Assembly: GCF_019669925.1 (NCBI RefSeq)
Contig: NZ_AP019779.1
Location: 1,877,292 to 1,901,291, forward strand
DNA length: 24,000 nucleotides
Direction of reading: 5' to 3'
DNA from: Methanobrevibacter arboriphilus
GTDB lineage: Archaea > Methanobacteriota > Methanobacteria > Methanobacteriales > Methanobacteriaceae
The position numbers and the translations under genes were made by a program. Shown one piece after another: positions 7,909-15,288 of this stretch (the first letter of the stretch is position 1; every line of letters starts with the position of its first letter). Below the pieces are notes generated by a model. It searched no databases, was not told the origin of the DNA, and was given only the letters and a program-made list of their open reading frames with translations.

Positions 7909-8560
7909 AGCTATTTTTTTGGGTTTTTTTTTCTTTTTTTATTAGTTGTTTTTTTATTGTTTGGGTGGTTTGTTGTTCTTTGTTTGGTGTTTTAGTTGTT
8001 TTGGTTGTTTTTTGTTTTTTTATTAGTTGTTTTTTGCTTTGTAGATGTTATATTGTTCTTTGTTTTAGTGTTTTGTTTTATTTTTATTCTTTTTTATTAT
8101 TATTAATCGTTTTTGTTCTTTTGTGGTGGTTTATTTTTGTTGTAGTTTTTTTGAATATTTTTTTGTTTTATATATGGTTGTGCTTGATAACAGCTATTTT
8201 GTTTTTGATGATATTGTAATTTTATTTTTTTTATTTTTGTTTTTTTATATTCTGTATGTTTATGTTGTTTAGCTGTTATTTTTTAGATTTTCTTATTATT
8301 TTTTTATTTTATATTACTTGTTTTTTATTTTTTTTAGTGTTTATTTTTTATTTAGCTTTATTATATTATTATAATAGGTTTGTATTGTTTTAAAGCTTTT
8401 ATATTTGTTATATTTCAGTTTAGAGTTTTTTATTTATTTTTTTTAGTTGTTATTTTTTTATTTTGTTTTTTGTTCTTATTTTTGTCTTATTCTTGTTTTT
8501 CTTCTTTTTTTATTTTTTAAACAGCTATTTCACTATTTTTGCGGGGGGGGGGGTGGCTAT
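7909..8560. repeat. Low-complexity tract made almost entirely of T and G on the plus strand
   Basis: By direct reading there are dozens of T5-T10 runs interspersed with G/GT, and very few A or C. TTTTTATTAGTTGTTTTTT recurs near 7945 and near 8015. Confidence 0.8.
8543..8553. repeat. Homopolymeric G11 tract upstream of the adhesin-like gene
   Basis: gcGGGGGGGGGGGtgg read directly from the sequence. It lies 163 nt upstream of the ATG at 8716. Confidence 0.9.
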
Positions 8561-8630
8561 TGTTTTTTCACTTTTTTTTGTAGTAGTAAGGTTTTTATAG
8601 TAGTTTTTTTATATTTATTATAAAAAGTGC

Positions 8631-8666
8631 ATAGTGAGTGTTCATTTAATAGTGAGTGTTTATTTA
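8631..8666 (+). repeat. Tandem 18-bp direct repeat in the adhesin-gene upstream region (possible operator or leader element)
   Basis: ATAGTGAGTGTTCATTTA (8631-8648) is followed immediately by ATAGTGAGTGTTTATTTA (8649-8666), with one mismatch. Confidence 0.8.
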
Positions 8667-8715
8667 TTGTTGTGCTTTTTTTTTGTTTATAATTTTATAG
8701 GAGTGAGAATTATTT

Positions 8716-9573
8716 ATGTTTAAGAATAAGTTTTTTGTTTCGTTTGTGTTAGTACTAGCTTTTTTATTTTTGTTTAGTTTGTCTAGTGTTAGTGCAGGTG
8801 AGTATGATTTTACTAGTAGTAATACTACTGAACAGTTTCAGAATGTTATTGATACTGATGTGGGGGATGAGTTGATTATTAATTTGGATGATGATGGTAA
8901 TTATTCTCTGGGTCAGATTAATGTGACTCGTAATGCTACTATAGTTGGTAAGAATCATAATGTTAATATTACTGGATCAGGGTCTGGTGTTTTGTTTAAT
9001 ATTACGAATAGTAGTGTTCGTATTATTAATTTAACTATCACTGGTTATACTAGTGCTATTGTTGGTAATAGTAGTGATTTAACGGTTACTGGTAATAATA
9101 TTACTACTAGTGGTATTAGTATTAATATTAGTAGTAGTGGTGATAATTTAACGAATATAATTATTGAGGATAATGTTATTGTTTCTTCTGTTAGTAATAT
9201 TTATTATGGTGCTGTTTTTGTTAATGGTAATGGTATGGCTATTTCTTTTGTTTCTTTTATTAATAATAGTATACGTGGTAATGGTACTAGTAATTCTAAT
9301 GGTGTTCGTATTAATTCTAAGGGTATTAATAATTTGACTTTTGATGGAAACAACATCACAGGAACATACGATGGTGTTTATCTGGATGCATCCAGCAGCA
9401 ACAACACCAATATAACCTTTGCCAACAACAACATCACAGGAACATACAATGGTGTTTATCTGGCTGCATACAGCAGCAACAACACCAATATAACCTTTGC
9501 CAACAACAACATCACAGGAACAGACTATGGTGTTGCTCTGGCTGCATACAGCGATAACAACACAACCATATAA
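8716..9573 (+). CDS. Asn/Thr-rich adhesin-like surface protein, N-terminal part (signal peptide plus parallel beta-helix repeats), ending at an in-frame TAA
   Basis: AGGAGTGA SD upstream of the ATG. The signal peptide is MFKNKFFVSFVLVLAFLFLFSLSSVSA|GE. The body carries 26-27-aa NNITG-type coils. The stop at 9571-9573 is in the same frame as the next ORF. Confidence 0.8.
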   Translation: MFKNKFFVSFVLVLAFLFLFSLSSVSAGEYDFTSSNTTEQFQNVIDTDVGDELIINLDDDGNYSLGQINVTRNATIVGKNHNVNITGSGSGVLFNITNSSVRIINLTITGYTSAIVGNSSDLTVTGNNITTSGISINISSSGDNLTNIIIEDNVIVSSVSNIYYGAVFVNGNGMAISFVSFINNSIRGNGTSNSNGVRINSKGINNLTFDGNNITGTYDGVYLDASSSNNTNITFANNNITGTYNGVYLAAYSSNNTNITFANNNITGTDYGVALAAYSDNNTTI

Positions 9574-9759
9574 ACAAGACTACACAACAACATCACAGGA
9601 ACATCACTAGGTGTTTATCTGGATGCATACAATAGTAATAACTCACAATTTACATTCGACCACAACAATATCACAGGAACAATACGCGATGGTGTTTATC
9701 TGGAGGCATACAATAGTAATAACTCACAATTTACATTCGACCACAACAATATCACAGGA

Positions 9760-12204
9760 ATGAATTATGGTGGTGTTTATCTGAGGGCATACAATAGTAA
9801 TAACTCACAATTTACATTCGACCACAACAACATCACAGGAACATCAAGCTGTGGTGTTTATCTGGAGGCATACAATAGTAGCAATACCAATATATCCTTT
9901 GCCAACAATAACATCACAGGAACAGACTATGGTGTTTATCTGTATGCATACATGAGTAACAATACCAATGTATCTTTCATTGGTAACAATATCTTAGGAG
10001 CACGTGGTGTTACTCTGTATGCAGACAGCAGCAACAACACCAATATAACCTTCGCCAACAACAACATCACAGGAACATCATACTATGGTGTTTTTCTGAG
10101 GGTATACAGCAGCAACAACACCAATATAACCTTCGCCAACAACAACATTACTGGTGTTAGTTATGGTGTGAATTTTTATTCTAATAATGGTAATATTAGT
10201 AGTGTTATGTTTTTGAATAATACTATAAATGCTACTGGTGGTAGTGGTTTTTATTTTGTTAATGGTGGTAGTGGTGCTATTAATGTGACTGATTTTATTA
10301 TCAAGGGTAATAATATCTTTGCTACTAATGCTGGTTTGAATTTCAGTGGTCTTAAGGTTGGTTCTCTTGTTAATGTTACTGTTGAGTATAATAGGATTAT
10401 TGCTCCTGTTGGTGTGAATATTACTGGTTTTTATAATGGTAGTAGTTTTGATTTTAATTGGTGGGGTGTTAATGATATAACTGGTAAAACTTTAGGTGTT
10501 GATACGGTTAATCATTTTATTTTGAATGTTACTAATCTTAATAGTTTGGATAATCTTCATCCTGGCGATGATGTTAGTTTTGCGTTTTTAGTGCTGAATA
10601 CTACTCTTGTTAATGATGGTGTTGAGTATTTGCCTTATTTTGTGGTGAATGGTACTTATAACAATCAGACTTTTTATGTTAATAATTCTAGTAATTTTAC
10701 TGGTAATTGGACTGTGTCTAACGTTGGAGATAATGTTTTTGTTGCGACTTTGGATAGTCAGGATGTGGATTTCAGATTTTCTGAAAGTAAGTTGGATACT
10801 AATTCTACTATTAGTGTGGATGATGTTCATGTTGGTACTATTGCTAGTATTAGTGGTCAGTTGGATAATTATGCTGGTAATGGTTCTGATTTGTTGAATG
10901 TTACTGTGGATGGTAACCTTTATGAAAATGTTGTTATTAATAGTACTGGTGGTTGGAATTTAACTTATTTGACTAATCGTACAGGAAACATCACAGTAAC
11001 TGTTGATTATTCTGGTAATGATAATTATACAAGTTTTAGTAATAGTACAAGTTTTGATGTGCTTAAAAATAGTACTAACTCTACTATTGATGTTTTTGGT
11101 GATTTTAGGGTTGGTGAAAATATTACTATTAGTGGTATTTTGGTTGATGTTAATAGTGATCCTATAGATAATGCTCAAATGACAATTATTATTGGTAATG
11201 AGTCTTTTAATGTGACAACTAATAGTAGTGGTGTTTGGAGTCTTGTTTATGCTCCGCTTCATGGTAGTGAGTTCTTTACTTGGGTTAACTGGGCTGGTAA
11301 TGATAATTACACAGGTTTTAATAATAGTACTAGTTTTAATGTTAGTAAGTTAGCTAGTAATTCTAGTATTGTTATTCCTGTTGATATTAAGGTTAATGAA
11401 ACAGTTTTAATTTCTGGTGTTTTATCTGATGAGAATAATAATACAATATCTGGTGCTAATTTAGAAGTTATTATTGATGGTGAAACCTTTAATGTGATTA
11501 CTGATTCTGTTGGTTTTTGGGGTTTAAATTATACTTCTGAACATTCTGGTGTTTTTAATTTATCTCTCTTTTATCAGGGTGATAGTCGGTATGTTGGTTT
11601 TGTTGAAAATAAGGTTTTTAATGTTAGTAAGTTAGCTACTACTTCTAGTATTAATATTCCAAGTAATGTTAAAGTAGGAAAACCATTTAGTGTTTCTGGT
11701 GTTTTGACTAGTGGTGGTAAACCATTGGCTAATGCTAGTGTTCTTGTTATTGTTGATGGTAAAACTTATAAGGTTACTACTAATGGTCTTGGTGTTTGGA
11801 AACTGTCTTATACTCCGAAAATAGCTGGAAAATCTACTATTAAGGTTTATTTTGCTGGTAATAATGATTATATTGGTTTTAATGTTAGTAAGACTTTTAA
11901 AATTGCCGGGAAAGTTAATATAAGGATTGTTAAGATTTCTAAGCTTGTTAAAGTGGGTAAGTATAATGGTTTTAATCTTTATAGTAAAGTTTACACTATT
12001 AAAAATGTGGGATCTGCTTTAGGTTCTAAGGATTATGTTAAGTATTTTAAGAATTGGTATTTGGAGAAATTGTCTAAGACTAGTAAAATTGTTAAGTATC
12101 AGTTTAGTGCTAAGTCTAGGGTTTTAAAGGTTCAAGTTAAGAATTTAGGTGTTGGAAAACAAGTTAAGTTGAAAATACTAGTAACACATAGAAAAAGACT
12201 ATAA
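9760..12204 (+). CDS. Asn/Thr-rich adhesin-like surface protein, C-terminal part (beta-helix repeats, four ~93-aa Ig-like repeats, K-rich tail)
   Basis: Same frame as 8716..9573. Codons 9574-9759 are open and continue the repeat (TRLHNNITGTSLGVYLDAYNSNNSQFTFDHNNITG...). The four tandem modules span about 10780-11910, for example SKLASNSSIVIPVDIKVNETVLISGVL...FNV. Together the two parts form one 8716..12204 gene of 1161 sense codons with a single internal TAA. Confidence 0.8.
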   Translation: MNYGGVYLRAYNSNNSQFTFDHNNITGTSSCGVYLEAYNSSNTNISFANNNITGTDYGVYLYAYMSNNTNVSFIGNNILGARGVTLYADSSNNTNITFANNNITGTSYYGVFLRVYSSNNTNITFANNNITGVSYGVNFYSNNGNISSVMFLNNTINATGGSGFYFVNGGSGAINVTDFIIKGNNIFATNAGLNFSGLKVGSLVNVTVEYNRIIAPVGVNITGFYNGSSFDFNWWGVNDITGKTLGVDTVNHFILNVTNLNSLDNLHPGDDVSFAFLVLNTTLVNDGVEYLPYFVVNGTYNNQTFYVNNSSNFTGNWTVSNVGDNVFVATLDSQDVDFRFSESKLDTNSTISVDDVHVGTIASISGQLDNYAGNGSDLLNVTVDGNLYENVVINSTGGWNLTYLTNRTGNITVTVDYSGNDNYTSFSNSTSFDVLKNSTNSTIDVFGDFRVGENITISGILVDVNSDPIDNAQMTIIIGNESFNVTTNSSGVWSLVYAPLHGSEFFTWVNWAGNDNYTGFNNSTSFNVSKLASNSSIVIPVDIKVNETVLISGVLSDENNNTISGANLEVIIDGETFNVITDSVGFWGLNYTSEHSGVFNLSLFYQGDSRYVGFVENKVFNVSKLATTSSINIPSNVKVGKPFSVSGVLTSGGKPLANASVLVIVDGKTYKVTTNGLGVWKLSYTPKIAGKSTIKVYFAGNNDYIGFNVSKTFKIAGKVNIRIVKISKLVKVGKYNGFNLYSKVYTIKNVGSALGSKDYVKYFKNWYLEKLSKTSKIVKYQFSAKSRVLKVQVKNLGVGKQVKLKILVTHRKRL

Positions 12205-12217
12205 AAAATTGTAATTC

Positions 12218-12226
12218 TTTTTTTTT
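12218..12226 (+). terminator. Oligo-T (T9) candidate archaeal terminator after the adhesin-like gene
   Basis: A T9 run begins 14 nt after the stop at 12204. Oligo-T tracts act as archaeal termination signals. Confidence 0.45.
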
Positions 12227-12730
12227 ATGGGGGGAAGGAGGAGTATGAAATTAATATAAAGTATTTATTATCCCTAAACCTTTATTCCTTTTTCCCCCTT
12301 ATTTTTTTTGACTATTTTTAAATAATCTCTTTTTTAAATTATTTAGATTTAATAACATATTCAATTATATTGCTATATAAAATAATGCTGATTTTAATTA
12401 AAAATCTTATTAAAGATTATTAATTAACAATTTAAGCTATATAAAATTATTATTATTTTTATTATTTTAAAAGATTGGATCAAAGTTAACATAATAAATC
12501 TAATAAGGTATTATCATATAGTATTATTATATATTATTTTATTATTATCAAAATAAAATATAAAATTATATAAACCAATAAAATTAATTTAAATTATTAA
12601 ACTATATTGATTATTAATTTAGATATATTTAATTAATTTAGACTTAGTTAATTTCAATTCAAACCTATTTAATTAATATAAATCTATTTCATTAAGTTTA
12701 AAAATATAGATAAATAAAAAGGTTATTAAT

Positions 12731-13627
12731 TTGATCGCGATATTATCTGGTGGAACAGGAACTCCAAAATTAATTCAAGGAATTAAAAATATTTATAATC
12801 CTTCTGATTTGAATATAATTGTTAATACTGTTGAAAATGATTACTTTTCTGGCGTATATGTAGCAGCAGATATTGATACAGTTCTTTATACTTTAGCTGA
12901 TATTATAAATGATGAAACTTGGTATGGGATTGAAGGAGATACATTTTTTACAAATGAATCTCTTGAAAAATTAGATTGTCCAGAGCTTCTAAGAATAGGG
13001 GATCAGGATAGAGCTACCAAGATCCAAAAGACAATTCTCATGGAAAAATATGGACTTAGTAAAGCTGTGGATATTCAAAGAAAAAAGATGGGAATAGAAT
13101 CAAAAGTAATTCCAATGAGTGATGAACACTCTGAAATAATTGTAAAAACAGATATAGGTCACCTTAAGTTTCATGAATTCTTAATAAAGCATCAAACCAA
13201 ACCAAAAGTATTTGAAATAGAATATACTGATGTAAATCCTAGTTCAAATATTATAGAGACAATAGAAAACTCAGAAATGGTTATTATTGGACCTTCAAAT
13301 CCTATAACTTCAATCCTCCCAATAGTTAATCTTGAAGGGGTTGAAAAAGCACTGAAAAATAGTTATGTAGTTGCTGTTTCTCCTATAATAGGAAATAATC
13401 CTGTTAGTGGACCTGCTGGAAAATTTATGGAGTCTATGGGTTATGAAGTTTCTTCCTTTGGTGTTGCATCAATTTATAAGAGCTTTTTAGACAAATTTGT
13501 AATTGATGTTGTCGATACAAAGCTAAAGAATAATATAGAGAATATAATTGAAGAAGTTCTTGTAACTAATACTAATATGAAAACTATTTCTGATAAAGAA
13601 GAGTTAGCTAGAATATTGTTAGAATGA
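12731..13627 (+). CDS. cofD: 2-phospho-L-lactate transferase (LPPG:FO transferase, coenzyme F420 biosynthesis)
   Basis: The N-terminus MIAILSGGTGTPKLIQGI and the later VIIGPSNPITSILPI motif are typical of the CofD/YvcK family. Length 298 aa, TTG start. Confidence 0.9.
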   Translation: MIAILSGGTGTPKLIQGIKNIYNPSDLNIIVNTVENDYFSGVYVAADIDTVLYTLADIINDETWYGIEGDTFFTNESLEKLDCPELLRIGDQDRATKIQKTILMEKYGLSKAVDIQRKKMGIESKVIPMSDEHSEIIVKTDIGHLKFHEFLIKHQTKPKVFEIEYTDVNPSSNIIETIENSEMVIIGPSNPITSILPIVNLEGVEKALKNSYVVAVSPIIGNNPVSGPAGKFMESMGYEVSSFGVASIYKSFLDKFVIDVVDTKLKNNIENIIEEVLVTNTNMKTISDKEELARILLE

Positions 13628-13742
13628 TTAAAATATATAAAAATATATTTAAGTAACAATAATAAAAAGGATAAATGTGATGAAAAGGTTCTAGTGTAAA
13701 AATCTATATGTGATATTTACTTAATATTAAGGTGAGATTAAT

Positions 13743-14504
13743 ATGATACAAATGACATTAATTCAGATTGATAATTATGGCCCATGGACAGTTACTCCAA
13801 ACCCTCGAAACGAATCAGATCTTCAAATTTTACAAGCAGAATTATTTGCAGATGTTCAAAGACAGATAGCTATGAAAAAAGGACTTGTATTTTATACTAG
13901 ATTTGATAATATGTTGGCAGTAACAAATGGTCTTAATGAAGAAGACCATATGAGAATTCAAAGGTCAATAAGAAACAGATACCCTATTACTATTAGTATG
14001 GGTGTTGGAACTGCAAAAACACCATATGAAGCTCAAAAAATAGCTACTGAAGTTCTTCAAAAAAATGGAGGGGCTCAATCTGAAGATAGAACTGAAATTT
14101 TAGCTATTGATTCACTTGTAAAACCTGAAGATAGCTTTGTTCAAATGGCACATATAGATATAAATGGAATTACAGAATCTTTAACCGATATTATACCAGC
14201 ATTTGATACTAATTTCCTCGTAAATAAAGCTCAACATTATCTTATGACAAAATTAATTGAAAAAGGCGCTCTATTATTCTTTATAGGTGGAGATAATTTC
14301 ATGTCTCCGTGTAATGAATTAACTACCAAAGATTTAATGGAAATAATTGAAGAAATCGATGAAGAAATCGATATACCTTTAAAAGCTGGTGTTGGAAGAA
14401 GTGATAATGCTGAAGATGCTGCTTATATGGCAGACTTGGGTCTTGAAGAAATAAGAGAAAGAAACAATGAAGAATTGGTTTATGTTTTAGAAAAAACAAA
14501 CTAA
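13743..14504 (+). CDS. arfA: GTP cyclohydrolase III (archaeal riboflavin/F420 pathway, MJ0145 type)
   Basis: [38 protein letters not shown] is the characteristic N-terminus of GCH III. An AGGTGA SD precedes the ATG. Length 253 aa. Confidence 0.85.
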   Translation: MIQMTLIQIDNYGPWTVTPNPRNESDLQILQAELFADVQRQIAMKKGLVFYTRFDNMLAVTNGLNEEDHMRIQRSIRNRYPITISMGVGTAKTPYEAQKIATEVLQKNGGAQSEDRTEILAIDSLVKPEDSFVQMAHIDINGITESLTDIIPAFDTNFLVNKAQHYLMTKLIEKGALLFFIGGDNFMSPCNELTTKDLMEIIEEIDEEIDIPLKAGVGRSDNAEDAAYMADLGLEEIRERNNEELVYVLEKTN

Positions 14505-14542
14505 AAATCATACTATAATAAAATATAAATTATAAAAGTTAT

Positions 14543-14678
14543 AGATTATAATAAAGTAGGTATATGAATTATATTTATAATAAATTTAGATTTTATTAAA
14601 TTGTAGATTTAGATTATAATAAATTAGGTATATAAACTATATTTATAATAAAATTAGATTTTATTAAATTATAAATTT
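14543..14678. repeat. Tandem 68-bp repeat, two copies plus a partial third, in an AT-rich spacer
   Basis: 14543-14610 and 14611-14678 align throughout with a handful of mismatches (agattataataaagtaggtatatgaatt... against agattataataaattaggtatataaact...). Confidence 0.8.
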
Positions 14679-14703
14679 AGATTAGATTATATATTTATGT
14701 TAT

Positions 14704-14787
14704 ATTACAACTTTTATTAGATTATATCTTATTAAATTACAACTTTTATTAGATTATATCTTATTAAATTACAGTTTTTATTAGATT
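14704..14787. repeat. Tandem 32-bp repeat (about 2.6 copies)
   Basis: attacaacttttattagattatatcttattaa occurs at 14704-14735 and identically at 14736-14767. A diverged partial copy starts at 14768. Confidence 0.85.
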
Positions 14788-15288
14788 TATGTTTAATAAT
14801 TATTTAAAATTAATATTTAATAAAATTAATATTTAATGATTATTTAAAATTATATATCTAATATTATTTCATAATTTTATTAATAGGAAAATCATTTTAT
14901 TAAATGATTTTTATTTTGGAATATTATTTTTTAGATTCATTATTAAAACCATATAAATTTATCCAGATTGTAGAATAGATTATATAGTAAATAATTGATT
15001 ATAATTAATTAGATGATAATATTAGCTGGATAATAATTAGATTGATAATAATTAGCTGGATAATTAATTTGTAATTAATAAAAATTTTAAAAGTATTATA
15101 ATTTTTCATTATAAAAAGTATAATTAATATTATAATTAATATTATTAAAATATTTCATTATTAAAATTATTACATCATTAAAACTATTAATATAATTAAT
15201 ATTATTAAGGTTGCATAAGATTGCTAAATTTTACAAAAATCATTTTATTAAATTATTCAAAACATTGAAATTTAAATATAGGGATACT

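Noticed and set aside
7830-8219. A 129-aa plus-strand ORF (F/V/L/C-rich, looks like a membrane protein)
   Set aside because: It is a translation artefact of the T/G-only tract. It is extremely low in complexity, has no SD or promoter logic, and starts inside the decayed repeat unit.
9571-9573. The in-frame stop as programmed recoding (pyrrolysine or selenocysteine read-through)
   Set aside because: The codon is TAA, not TAG (Pyl) or TGA (Sec). No recoding element is evident. The surrounding unit looks like a double-indel variant copied from the decayed array.
12229-12300. Possible long-range hairpin between GGGGGGAAGGAGG (12229-12241) and TCCTTTTTCCCCC (about 12285-12297) downstream of the adhesin gene
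   Set aside because: The complementarity is imperfect and has a ~45-nt loop. The T9 run is a simpler termination signal. I cannot evaluate the folding energy by eye.
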